IMG/VR virus record: IMGVR_UViG_3300042561_002102 | Direction: 5' to 3' (one strand) | Source: a virus | Taxonomy: Duplodnaviria > Caudoviricetes | DNA length: 64,000 nt | Shown here: piece by piece, positions 1-9,453 of the stretch | Layout of the letters: each line of letters starts with the position of its first letter | How positions within the stretch are numbered: position 1 is the first letter of the stretch | Position numbers and translations under genes: made by a program | The notes under the pieces: generated by a model | Database searches by the model: none | Told to the model about the DNA's origin: nothing | The model's input: the letters and a program-made list of their open reading frames with translations, nothing else

Positions 1-2529
1 CTCTAACATAAAACTCTTAAAACTTTTACCCGTGGATTCTACTTCTCTTTCATAGAAATTTTGGTAAGTTTCTAAATCTATTGTTGATAATCTTTGATTT
101 GGTGCACTTAAGAATTTATTATTTTGATCATAAAGTGCTGATAGTTGAATATTAGCCTCTCCTTCTTTACCATCTCCTTCGGGATCTTTTCTTCCAGAAT
201 AAAGTTGTGGATTTATTTTAACTTTTTGATAATGAACAGATCTAAAAGGAGATTCATTTATATCACAATAGAATATCCAAATTATACCATTTTTTTCGTA
301 CAAATATCCATAGTATATGTTAGGGTCAAGTTGTGTAACATCACTCCAATCTGTGTATCCAGTATAACTCGATCTATTATCTTCATAAAATTTATTTGCA
401 GATAATGGAGTCTTAAAAGTTATTTTGACAGGATAAAACTTTATCGACACACCACCTGATTTTGTTTCAACTTTATCTACTAATGATGTATCAAGAAAAT
501 TAACATAAATAGGAACATTACTTCCTGATTTATTTTGTAGAATATTACCGTAAGAAGTATTTTGTATTTCTGATTCCTCTTGTTGTGATATAGGATCTTT
601 AGTAGTTGGGATGCACCACATGAATCTTTGTGTTGTTAGCGATGGTTTTACGTTCCAATATAAAAAATTTTGATTTGTATCACTGTTTTTACTCTTGTCG
701 GCGGAATATCTCAAATCGGGTAATTTTTCTTGAATTTCTTGTCCAAAATATTTACGAGTGGCTTCGTCTATTAAATCTTCACCTCTACATTTTGATGGGG
801 TTGCTAAATCTTGAAGTAAGTTGAACAATACTGGTCCCATCTTGCCCTTCCCTTGAATTTTTGGTGTTGATGAGTCCTGATTTTCCAATAATAATTTCCA
901 TTTGTATGAATCATTGAATTTATCCTCTGCTCCTGGATAATCAAAGTTTATATTTGCAAATATCTTCCTTAATTTTTGGTCTTGAAGTAGTCGATTTACG
1001 AAAGTCTGAAACTTTCTATAGACGATCTTTTTTGCCCAAGGTCCGAAATCAGGAATTACAGCTTCTCCACCCGCATCTTTTAGTGTAGAACTAGCGTCTC
1101 TACCTTTAGATGGACCACCTCCCAATTTTTCATATTCTTGAAAAGTTTTCATCGAAACTCTACCACCTGGTCTACCCGAAGGTATATAATCTGTTGCAAA
1201 TAATCTATATGCTACTGTTAATAAGTTAAATAGTCTTACCATAGCATCCGAAGCTATTTGATAGTCGAGTGTGAATGTTCCAGCGGAAAGTTGATTCTCT
1301 AGTTCTTCTAGTTCTCTTTCATCATCTCTAGTAAGTCTGAAAGCTGTTAAATTTTTCTCATTTACCATAGAATATTCATAATGAAAATTCTCATTGATGC
1401 CTGCTTTTGGGAAATAACTTTTCCAAATATTAGCAATTGTTTCCGGTTTTAGTGTTGTTGTTGAGGTTGTTATTGTTGGCGTTGGAACTGGTGTTGTAGT
1501 AGTTGATGTTGTAATACTCTGTGTTGTAGTTGATGTATTTGTTTGCGTTACAGTTGAAGTATTTGTTTGAGTTACAGTTGAGGTATTTGTTTGAGTTACA
1601 GTTGAGGTATTTGTTTGCGTTACAGCTGGTGTAGAAGTATTGGTTTGTGTAACAACTGGTGTTGTTTTTATATTTTTTTTATTATATGAAGTAGAACCAA
1701 AACCTATTTTTCCCCTACCGTAATCCGTATTTTTAATACCTATTTGAGATTTTGTTTTTATTTCTTCTAATAATAATCTATATTCTTCAAATTCAGAAAA
1801 TTTACGGAAAATTCCTTTATTTAGTGATTCATTTTTTACAGAAATTTCTTTTCTCAATACTTCGTCTGAATCAGACACAACAGTTCTCTCTTTCCACTGT
1901 TGTTTTCTAGCATTATCGCCTCCTAGATCTCTAGTTGGATTACATTTTTTCCATCTAAATCTTCTAAGTTCGATAGCGAAATCCGAGTGAATATCTCTCA
2001 AATCATTCAATTCTTCTCTTTTGAAAAGTTTTTTTAGTTCTTCTAAAGTTTCTAATTCTAGTAATAAATCACCAATTAGTGAGCCTGGTGGTAGGTCTTT
2101 CCATTTATCTGTTATATCTTTATTGGAAATAAATTTAGCATCTGATGAATCGATGCCAATTAATAATTTTAGCTTTGTGTCATCTGTGCCCGTGCCATCA
2201 CAATCTACGTCTTCTTTCCAATCAGGTAGAGCATCATTTGTTGTTAAGCAAACATCTTTTATTTTAGCAACGTGATTTTTTATTCTTAGTCGATACAACT
2301 TTACTCTCAAATCTTTATTCATACTTTCTCTGAGAATCTCATAGATAGTATTTTCTATTTCTTGTAAAACCCCATCCATCCTCATAGAATCATATTGAAG
2401 TTTTAATTTTCTCAAAGTTGAGTTTATTAGCCTTCCAAATAAAGAACCACCCCAAGTTACTTCATTTTTGAATACTTCATTCATTTTATCTTTTTGTAAA
2501 AAAGTATCTCTTTTAAGAATATATCTCAT
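1..2529 (-). CDS. Large hypothetical, probably virion/head-associated protein with internal TQTNTSTV repeats (runs off window start; absent from ORF track)
   Basis: Manual translation from ATG at 2529 (MRYILKRDTFLQK...) stays open to position 1 (...STGKSFKSFMLE), 843 codons; AAATATATAG element upstream at ~2547-2556. Confidence 0.85.
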   Translation of the reverse strand, partial: MRYILKRDTFLQKDKMNEVFKNEVTWGGSLFGRLINSTLRKLKLQYDSMRMDGVLQEIENTIYEILRESMNKDLRVKLYRLRIKNHVAKIKDVCLTTNDALPDWKEDVDCDGTGTDDTKLKLLIGIDSSDAKFISNKDITDKWKDLPPGSLIGDLLLELETLEELKKLFKREELNDLRDIHSDFAIELRRFRWKKCNPTRDLGGDNARKQQWKERTVVSDSDEVLRKEISVKNESLNKGIFRKFSEFEEYRLLLEEIKTKSQIGIKNTDYGRGKIGFGSTSYNKKNIKTTPVVTQTNTSTPAVTQTNTSTVTQTNTSTVTQTNTSTVTQTNTSTTTQSITTSTTTTPVPTPTITTSTTTLKPETIANIWKSYFPKAGINENFHYEYSMVNEKNLTAFRLTRDDERELEELENQLSAGTFTLDYQIASDAMVRLFNLLTVAYRLFATDYIPSGRPGGRVSMKTFQEYEKLGGGPSKGRDASSTLKDAGGEAVIPDFGPWAKKIVYRKFQTFVNRLLQDQKLRKIFANINFDYPGAEDKFNDSYKWKLLLENQDSSTPKIQGKGKMGPVLFNLLQDLATPSKCRGEDLIDEATRKYFGQEIQEKLPDLRYSADKSKNSDTNQNFLYWNVKPSLTTQRFMWCIPTTKDPISQQEESEIQNTSYGNILQNKSGSNVPIYVNFLDTSLVDKVETKSGGVSIKFYPVKITFKTPLSANKFYEDNRSSYTGYTDWSDVTQLDPNIYYGYLYEKNGIIWIFYCDINESPFRSVHYQKVKINPQLYSGRKDPEGDGKEGEANIQLSALYDQNNKFLSAPNQRLSTIDLETYQNFYEREVESTGKSFKSFMLE
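1529..1655 (-). repeat. About five 24-bp coding tandem repeats encoding TQTNTSTV
   Basis: Unit gtatttgtttg(a/c)gttacagttga(a/g) repeated in tandem. Confidence 0.9.
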
Positions 2530-2555
2530 AATAATATTAAATTTGTTCTATATAT

Positions 2556-2993
2556 TTATTTAAGCATCTCGTTTTTCAGTGCGAACTCATAGATATCCAA
2601 AAAATTAACCTCTTTAAGAAATCCACTTCTTACATCTGAGAGTGTTTTTGCTTTTTTTGAGATTTTTACAATTTTATCTGACCACTTTTCTGAAAATTTA
2701 GAGGAGAATCTACCCCAATTACCTCGATAATGCTCTGGTTGTCTCCATTCTTTGTGACCACCTGTTAGCCAATAAAGTGATTTTACGGGGTTTATATTTC
2801 TATCAAAAACAATTTTTGTAGACCATATCGGATCATCTTTTCTTATCTTTGTCATCATTATAGCCACTGCTTCACAAAAATCTATTGTTATTTCATTTCC
2901 AATCTCGAAGAAAAATTGACCGTTGGCCTCTTTTTCGATAAGAACTACTTTAGTAGTTTTTAGGTTTTCTTTGCTCTCTAAATTCTTTTTCAT
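2556..2993 (-). CDS. Hypothetical protein
   Basis: 145-aa ORF in tight operon-like spacing with neighbours. Confidence 0.75.
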   Translation of the reverse strand: MKKNLESKENLKTTKVVLIEKEANGQFFFEIGNEITIDFCEAVAIMMTKIRKDDPIWSTKIVFDRNINPVKSLYWLTGGHKEWRQPEHYRGNWGRFSSKFSEKWSDKIVKISKKAKTLSDVRSGFLKEVNFLDIYEFALKNEMLK

Positions 2994-3022
2994 ATCCGTA
3001 AATTATTTTTTTTTTTAAGTGT

Positions 3023-3307
3023 TTATTCTCGAACACCACTTATGAACTTCCCATAAAATTGACCACCTTCGATAATACCATTATGAAAAGTTCCCCAGAA
3101 CTTTCCACCTTTCAAAATACCATAATACCAGTCACCTGAATAGAAAAATCCATCCCACCATATAAGAGTTCCCTTTTTTATTTCTATTTTGGCCATCTCT
3201 ATTTCCGAGTCTATTAGCCAGTGAAAACCTTCAGATTTCAGGATTTCATCAATACGATCCTGATCAGTTATTATCGAAGTAGCGAATTTTAGTTGTGAAT
3301 ACCTCAT
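3023..3307 (-). CDS. Hypothetical protein with Gly-aromatic (G-x-F/W) repeats
   Basis: C-terminal WWDGFFYSGDWYYGILKGGKFWGTFHNGIIEGGQFYGKF; TATATA upstream. Confidence 0.8.
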   Translation of the reverse strand: MRYSQLKFATSIITDQDRIDEILKSEGFHWLIDSEIEMAKIEIKKGTLIWWDGFFYSGDWYYGILKGGKFWGTFHNGIIEGGQFYGKFISGVRE

Positions 3308-3352
3308 AGATCAGATACTCTATATATAAAAAATAATATATAACTTCAAGAT

Positions 3353-4192
3353 ATGAAATCACACTTTTTCGATATAGATTGTTTATTGAAGGTTAATCAA
3401 AAAGCCTGGATTGTTGATAAGCTTAAACCAAACAAGCCTATCATGAAAATTTCACCCGAAGATTTCAATTTATTTGAATCGGGTATCTACCAAAAAATGG
3501 GTCATAAAATAGATTTTAATGGAAAAAATTTCTATTTAGACACCGATACCTACAACCGTCTTCGTGTAAAAATAAAAAAATCAGGTGTTAATCTGGGAAA
3601 TTTAGGTATTTCTCTACAAGAGTTCTTGAATCCAGATATTATTAATGAACTCGAATATAAAATAAACTATCAAATACTAGAACCTCTGAAAAATTCACCG
3701 GATGATATTTATATTATACTATCAAAACAAACTAGAAACTCATACAAAAAAATGCTTGAAAAAATAAAAGAAGCCTTTAGAGAGTTCGGTGTAAATATAA
3801 AGAGGTATTATTTTGTTGCGGAAACTTTTTATTCTCAAAACAGAGATGATGTGAAATATGCTAAACTTAAATTATTAGCCGAACATCTCACGGGTCACAA
3901 AATCGAAGAGGATAAATTTGTTGATAAAGAAGTTGAAGAATATCGTGTAGTGAACTATTGGGATAACTCAATAGAAACTCAAAAATATGGTAGTTATATT
4001 AATGATGTTATCAGACATTGTTTAAGGGGTTCGACTCCATCTATACAAGAAGTTATCAAAGAAAATCTTATTCAACTTCCTTGTAAGTTTATTACTCATC
4101 AAGTATTTGATAATGGTGTAAATCCAGTCTTAACTCGGGAAAATGATATTATACTTCAGAAGTTCATAAAAACTTTCGAGTCTTTCAAATAA
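3353..4192 (+). CDS. Hypothetical protein, possible HAD-superfamily fold
   Basis: N-terminal FFDID (DxD-like motif I) and later YWDNS; family call uncertain. Confidence 0.6.
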   Translation: MKSHFFDIDCLLKVNQKAWIVDKLKPNKPIMKISPEDFNLFESGIYQKMGHKIDFNGKNFYLDTDTYNRLRVKIKKSGVNLGNLGISLQEFLNPDIINELEYKINYQILEPLKNSPDDIYIILSKQTRNSYKKMLEKIKEAFREFGVNIKRYYFVAETFYSQNRDDVKYAKLKLLAEHLTGHKIEEDKFVDKEVEEYRVVNYWDNSIETQKYGSYINDVIRHCLRGSTPSIQEVIKENLIQLPCKFITHQVFDNGVNPVLTRENDIILQKFIKTFESFK

Positions 4193-4619
4193 TTTTGTTA
4201 CTATCTAAAAGTATTACACCTCTAGATTTTGCACTCTCTATAATATGTGGTCTTATTTTTTTCCAACCTTCTTTTGAATAATATCCGGTTACAAGAGTAA
4301 CCTCATTTTTTTTAGACCAATCTAAAATTTCATCGATAATGCTCCTTGCTAATCCCCTTGATTCATATCCTAAACGAGTAGAAATAAAAGTTATTTTCCA
4401 GGGATTTGGATGTCTAAAAGAAGATGTTTTTTGTGAAAAATCATAATCTTTGGATAGATGAGCTACACAAACTGGATTTGAATCCTTTTCAATTACAAAA
4501 AAAATTACCGAATTCTCTGGATATAAAAACTTATCAAGTGAAGTAAAAAATTTGAATTGACCAGAAAAGCAATCCATTTTCCAGAAATAATTTGATGCTT
4601 CCGAAGAGTTCAGTTTCAT
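4185..4619 (-). CDS. GNAT-family N-acetyltransferase
   Basis: ISTRLGYESRGLARSIIDEILDWSK matches the acetyl-CoA-binding motif A. Confidence 0.7.
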   Translation of the reverse strand: MKLNSSEASNYFWKMDCFSGQFKFFTSLDKFLYPENSVIFFVIEKDSNPVCVAHLSKDYDFSQKTSSFRHPNPWKITFISTRLGYESRGLARSIIDEILDWSKKNEVTLVTGYYSKEGWKKIRPHIIESAKSRGVILLDSNKII

Positions 4620-5227
4620 TCCTTATTCTTGAGATATTTATCAATCATATCGTTTAGTGAGCGATTATCCATAAGTCCAGTAGTTGAACCGCCTTGGTCA
4701 TCTCCATCGGAAATTAGTTCTTCTCCTGTTGAAATTTCATTCAATCCAAAATCTTTACGCATATCTTTGTAAAATTTCTCAAGTTCAGTTCTTTGCGATT
4801 GAGAGAATTTAGTATTTTCCCTAATTTGTGAAATAGATTGATTGATAACTTCATGCATTCTAGCTGAATTATCACCGTTATCTACTTGTTTAAGTTGAGT
4901 TAGAAAATTACGCCTTGCCATTCTCTGTAAAAAAAGAGCCTCTGCGTAAATATTGGCATCTTCCTTTAGTTTATTGATAACATAGGGATGCTTTCTAATT
5001 GAAGGATTATCACCCAGGTAAAGATCCACCAAACTCTCTAGTATTTCAATAGATTGTTCACTTGTTTCATCAATATCTTTGTCATAATCATAGATCTGAA
5101 TGGTTCCAAGATCGGGTAAATCATCTCTGGTTGCTAGATATTTACCTATTTCAATCTCTTTACTCTCGTTTTGTAATCTTGCGTATTCCTCTTGAAGTTG
5201 AGACATTTTTTGCTCTTTTTTATCCAT
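4616..5227 (-). CDS. Probable terminase small subunit (T4 gp16-like)
   Basis: Helical protein with GDNSARMHEVINQ resembling the gp16 SPR-x-EV motif; divergent from terL. Confidence 0.55.
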   Translation of the reverse strand: MDKKEQKMSQLQEEYARLQNESKEIEIGKYLATRDDLPDLGTIQIYDYDKDIDETSEQSIEILESLVDLYLGDNPSIRKHPYVINKLKEDANIYAEALFLQRMARRNFLTQLKQVDNGDNSARMHEVINQSISQIRENTKFSQSQRTELEKFYKDMRKDFGLNEISTGEELISDGDDQGGSTTGLMDNRSLNDMIDKYLKNKE

Positions 5228-5280
5228 TTACTTAAAAAACCGTTTTTTTTATATATATTATTAAAAACATACTGGTTCAT

Positions 5281-7425
5281 ATGGCAGTAGCAAAAAAAGA
5301 AGAAGTTGTTAAGCAGATAGTATTCACAACCAAAATGGTTGAGAATGTTACCAAAAATATAAACGACGGTGTAGTCGTAAAAAGATTTCAAAACCCTTGG
5401 TTTCAAAACGAAATCGGTGTAAGAAGAAGTGGAGTTGTATTCAATAGAACAGAAGAAGAACTTCAAGAATACATTAAATGTAAACTTGATATTAAATATT
5501 TTGCACAAAAATATTGTAAAATAAAAACAGAAGATGGAACGATAACACATATCGAGCTTCGTGATTACCAAAAAGAAATCTTAGATCTATTCTCAAAAAA
5601 TAGATTTTCTATACTTTGTTCGAGTAGACAAATAGGAAAAACCGTAAACACCGCGATCACGATATTACATTTTCTACTTTTCAACAACGATAAAAACGCG
5701 ATGATCGTAGCAAACGTAGCTGCTACAACAATTGAAATCGTAGATAAGATTAAGGCTATTTATGTTCTTCTACCTTTCTTTCTGAAGGCTGGTATAAAAA
5801 ACTGGAATCAACGAAGTATTGTATTTGATAATGGTTGTAGAATAAAAACTGCGGCTAGGTCTAAAACACCAGCTATTGGTTTTACGATTGACCTACTTTA
5901 TATGGACGAATTTGCGCATATTCCCTCGAATATCATCGAACCCTACTACACGGCTGCCTATCCAACGGTATCTGCTATACAGAACTCAAAAATTATTATT
6001 ACTTCAACCCCGAACGGTATGAACCTGTTCTATAAACTTTTAACAGCTGCTGAAAGACCTGAGGGAGATCCACTCAAGAACAACTACAAAGCTATGAGAG
6101 TTTATTGGTATCAAGTTCCTGGTAGGTTCGTGACTTACTACCGATTGAATCCATTTAAAATGAGAGATTTTGATCTTACCAAAGAAATGGTCTTCAATAT
6201 AGCTCGTGAAGAGTTTGAAGATTCTACAAAAGTTCTACTTAAATACAATCCAGATTTCGAGAAAGATGTTGTTCATGTTTATAACAACGATATTATTACG
6301 GAGGATGTATCTAAAGGATTTAGATTCTTAACACCATCGGGTAAAGAAATACACATTTCACAGATAGCTGAAGTTTCAACTTGGAAAGAAGAAGCTATCA
6401 AAGATATTGGTGGAGAAGATGCATTTAATCAAGAGTTTGGATTGAGATTTATTAACTCTTCAAGATCCCTACTTTCAGAGAGTGTAATAGAGGGTCTTAT
6501 AAAGGCTAAGAAAAACTATCAGTGGCAAGAGATTGATAAGATGGAGACTTTGCTTAATTTTTCCTATCAAGATCTTAAATGGATCGATGATCCTGATATT
6601 TTTTCTCAAGAAAGAAGAAAGTTAGTTAAAGGTGTAATATCAATCGATATATCTGAAGGTTTAGGTCAAGATTATTCTGTTATGAATATATTTAAGATCT
6701 CACCGAAATCACTAGACACGGTAGAAGCTTTCAGCGTTGATTATAAAAATTTATCTGATTTCTTTTGTCTAGAACAAATAGGTTTATTTAGAAGTAATGT
6801 TATTTCAGTAAAGCAACTAGCTGAACTTTTCTATGTTTTAGCTTTTGAGTTTTTTGATCCCGATAACTTTAAGGTTGTTCTAGAAATTAATACCTACGGA
6901 AATGAGTTTTTAGCTCATCTACCACATGTGTTTGATGGTAACAACAATTACGGTAGTAATATTTTCTTTAGATATAAGCATAAATCCGACGCTATAGAAG
7001 AAAAAGTCGGTCTTAAACTAGGTGAAAACAAAAATCTTTTAGTGAAAGATTATCAAGATAACATGAATAAGAAAAATATTATCATCAATAACGAAGATAA
7101 TATTAGAGAAATAACTACTTTTGTTAAGCACACAACAGCTCACGGCAACACTCGTTACGCCGCAGATATTGGAAATGATGATATAGTTATGACCGTAGTA
7201 AACTCATCGTCGGTTTTCCAAAAACATCCGTTCAGAGAAATTGTTGAAGATGCTGCTCCTGTCATAGCTGGAACCGAGTTATACAAACATTTTCAGGCAA
7301 TATTAGGAAATCAAGTTGATGAAAACTCAATCAACTACTCGTCGATTATTAGAGAGCAGAAGTTCAGAAAGGATAGACTAAAGAAGATGTCAAGTTACGA
7401 AAAAAGTCCTTGGGCTAGAGATTAA
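5281..7425 (+). CDS. terL: Terminase large subunit (T4 gp17-like) with ~80-aa insertion
   Basis: Walker A SSRQIGKT, Walker B LYMDEFAH, ITSTPNG, nuclease motifs SIDISEGLGQDYS and NDDIVMT. Confidence 0.95.
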   Translation: MAVAKKEEVVKQIVFTTKMVENVTKNINDGVVVKRFQNPWFQNEIGVRRSGVVFNRTEEELQEYIKCKLDIKYFAQKYCKIKTEDGTITHIELRDYQKEILDLFSKNRFSILCSSRQIGKTVNTAITILHFLLFNNDKNAMIVANVAATTIEIVDKIKAIYVLLPFFLKAGIKNWNQRSIVFDNGCRIKTAARSKTPAIGFTIDLLYMDEFAHIPSNIIEPYYTAAYPTVSAIQNSKIIITSTPNGMNLFYKLLTAAERPEGDPLKNNYKAMRVYWYQVPGRFVTYYRLNPFKMRDFDLTKEMVFNIAREEFEDSTKVLLKYNPDFEKDVVHVYNNDIITEDVSKGFRFLTPSGKEIHISQIAEVSTWKEEAIKDIGGEDAFNQEFGLRFINSSRSLLSESVIEGLIKAKKNYQWQEIDKMETLLNFSYQDLKWIDDPDIFSQERRKLVKGVISIDISEGLGQDYSVMNIFKISPKSLDTVEAFSVDYKNLSDFFCLEQIGLFRSNVISVKQLAELFYVLAFEFFDPDNFKVVLEINTYGNEFLAHLPHVFDGNNNYGSNIFFRYKHKSDAIEEKVGLKLGENKNLLVKDYQDNMNKKNIIINNEDNIREITTFVKHTTAHGNTRYAADIGNDDIVMTVVNSSSVFQKHPFREIVEDAAPVIAGTELYKHFQAILGNQVDENSINYSSIIREQKFRKDRLKKMSSYEKSPWARD

Positions 7426-7706
7426 ACAGATTCGATTGTTACTGAGAGACCGTTCAGCTTCAAGGCTTCGTAGGGTTTTTCAACTTCTGATTTCGATCCA
7501 CGTTTTACATCACAAATGCCACGAAAATGAACAATATGAGCACATTGATTAGCTTGATCATAATCATGATCACAAAACTCTATCAAGCAGTTTATAACAT
7601 GTTGAAAACTATTATGGTCATCGTTATGAAGATAAAGAATATATCCTGAAGAATAGATCTGATCTAGTTTTTCTTCGGTTTTATCTCTGGTGATTGTTTT
7701 AGACAT
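7422..7706 (-). CDS. clpS: ClpS N-degron adaptor
   Basis: LYLHNDDHNSFQHVINCL...DQANQCAHIVHFRGICDVK, Bacteroidota-type ClpS core. Confidence 0.9.
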   Translation of the reverse strand: MSKTITRDKTEEKLDQIYSSGYILYLHNDDHNSFQHVINCLIEFCDHDYDQANQCAHIVHFRGICDVKRGSKSEVEKPYEALKLNGLSVTIESV

Positions 7707-7756
7707 AGTGATTAATTTTTTTGTAAAGATAATGGATTTTTTTTATATATAAAAAT

Positions 7757-8194
7757 ATGAACGAACAAGATAACTCAAAAAAAGAAGCTCTCTGGAAGAT
7801 TCATCTTATCTATCTACTTATTATTATTCTTTTAGGTGGATGGATAGTTTATACTCAAATCAAATCAGAAGAAACCAATCCAGAAAATAAAAAACTACAC
7901 GAGGAGATTCAAAAACTCGAAGATCAAAGAGATTCACTTAGAACTGAAAGAGAAGGATTAAGGTCTAGAATACTAGGTATTGAATCTGATATCGAAAAGA
8001 AAGAACTCGAAATCAAAATAGTTAAGCAAAAAGTAGCTTCTCTTGAGGGAAAATTGACTTCGGCGACAACAGATTTAAAAAACTCCGATAAAAAAGTTTC
8101 TCAAGTAAGATCTGAAATTCAAAACCTTGAAAAAAATATACCTCTTAAAGAAGGAGATGATCTTCTAAACTCATTAAAAGATAAATACAAATGA
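7757..8194 (+). CDS. N-terminal TM plus coiled-coil protein (i-spanin-like)
   Basis: Hydrophobic IHLIYLLIIILLGGWIVY followed by heptad-rich region. Confidence 0.7.
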   Translation: MNEQDNSKKEALWKIHLIYLLIIILLGGWIVYTQIKSEETNPENKKLHEEIQKLEDQRDSLRTEREGLRSRILGIESDIEKKELEIKIVKQKVASLEGKLTSATTDLKNSDKKVSQVRSEIQNLEKNIPLKEGDDLLNSLKDKYK

Positions 8195-8688
8195 AAAAAA
8201 TATTATTAACCCTACTTACAACTTTTTTATTTTTCTCCCTCTCTGGCGCACAAACAACTGAAGAGAGTTTTCCACAACTTTACAAGCAAAATGGTAGTGT
8301 TGTGGGTATTGTTTTTAGTGTAAAACAAGCTCAACAGATTGATAGAGATAGAGAACTATTAGAACTACTAAAAACACTGACCTCGGAGCTAGAAACCAAC
8401 AAAGTAGCTAGTCTAGAAGTTATAAATGTTCAAAAGCAAACAATAGAAGCAAAAAATGATCAAATAAAAATCCTTGAGGATGAGATACTTGATTATAAAC
8501 TGGATATCAAAACAAGAGATTCTTTAGAAAATAATCTACAGACTGATGTTAAGTATTGTGATGAACAATCAAAGAAAAAAGACCAGATTATATCAAATAA
8601 AGATAAAGAAATTACTAAACTAAAAGGTCATAGATTACTTCTTGGTGGAACTACTTTATTATTTTTAGTTGTATCAATAATTTTCTAA
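8191..8688 (+). CDS. Signal-peptide, coiled-coil, C-terminal TM protein (possible spanin partner)
   Basis: MKKILLTLLTTFLFFSLSGA signal peptide, LLLGGTTLLFLVVSIIF C-terminal anchor; ATGA overlap with upstream gene. Confidence 0.7.
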   Translation: MKKILLTLLTTFLFFSLSGAQTTEESFPQLYKQNGSVVGIVFSVKQAQQIDRDRELLELLKTLTSELETNKVASLEVINVQKQTIEAKNDQIKILEDEILDYKLDIKTRDSLENNLQTDVKYCDEQSKKKDQIISNKDKEITKLKGHRLLLGGTTLLFLVVSIIF

Positions 8689-8737
8689 AAAAGTGATTTT
8701 TAAAAATAATATATAAACAAAAAAAAACGAACAATTT

Positions 8738-9373
8738 ATGAAAAGTTATGTAGCTAGATTTGATTCTTACCAAAAACAAAAAAGAAGAGAAGATATCATC
8801 AAAGAATCGGTTCTTCAAGTAAATGATATTTACAAGGTGAGAACCATGGTTGATATTCCACAGAGTCTTATCAACGCTTATGTTAAAAAAGTAAAAGATG
8901 TTACTGGTAACAATCTTAGACAATTTTTCGGTGATGTTGATATCGCTGAAGAAATAATCAAGCATATCAATCTTAATTATTTAGATGCTGATAAAATTCC
9001 AGCAAATGCTTTGATGGGTGGTCCATCACAAACACAAACACAGACACAAGGACAAGCTCAAGGACAAGCCCAGACACAAGCACAACCACAAGCCCAGCCA
9101 CAAGCACAACCACAAGGACAATCCCAGCCACAAGGTCAAGCTCAGGGACAAGTCGAGCCACAAGGTCAAGCTCAGGGACGACCACAAGCCGAGCCACAAG
9201 CTCAACCACAAGCACAACCAGAAGATGAAGGACAATCACAGGGTCAAGTTCAAGTTCAAACCCAAGTTCAAGGACAAGGCGAGCCTGAAGATGAAGATTT
9301 TGAAGATCTAGAAGATGAAGAAACTGGTGAAGATGAAGAAGAGAGAGAAGAAGATACGGAAGAACTTCCTTAA
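8738..9373 (+). CDS. Hypothetical protein with Gln-rich repeats and acidic tail
   Basis: QAQG/QPQA repeats then EDEETGEDEEE; AATATATA upstream, terminator downstream. Confidence 0.85.
   Translation: MKSYVARFDSYQKQKRREDIIKESVLQVNDIYKVRTMVDIPQSLINAYVKKVKDVTGNNLRQFFGDVDIAEEIIKHINLNYLDADKIPANALMGGPSQTQTQTQGQAQGQAQTQAQPQAQPQAQPQGQSQPQGQAQGQVEPQGQAQGRPQAEPQAQPQAQPEDEGQSQGQVQVQTQVQGQGEPEDEDFEDLEDEETGEDEEEREEDTEELP
9022..9280 (+). repeat. Gln/Pro/Ala/Gly low-complexity coding repeat
   Basis: caa-rich 12-bp-like units. Confidence 0.85.
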
Positions 9374-9396
9374 CATATAAAAAAAAATAGAAAATG

Positions 9397-9424
9397 ACCT
9401 CACTTTTTCAAGTGGGGTTTTTTT
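9397..9424 (+). terminator. Intrinsic terminator
   Basis: Stem ACCTCACT/AGTGGGGT, 6-nt loop, T tract. Confidence 0.8.
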
Positions 9425-9453
9425 CTGCCTCAAATATTTCAATATATAGAATT

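Noticed and set aside
145-2275. Plus-strand ORFs 145, 630, 2021 and similar short antisense ORFs inside long genes
   Set aside because: They are antisense to well-supported longer CDSs and show no independent motifs.
6127-6381. Intein or intron in terL (and in nrdA)
   Set aside because: No splice-junction residues or homing endonuclease motifs; frames are uninterrupted.
9394-9453. Track start of the cysteine hydrolase at 9394
   Set aside because: It overlaps the upstream terminator and lies before the promoter-like element; 9454 is preferred.
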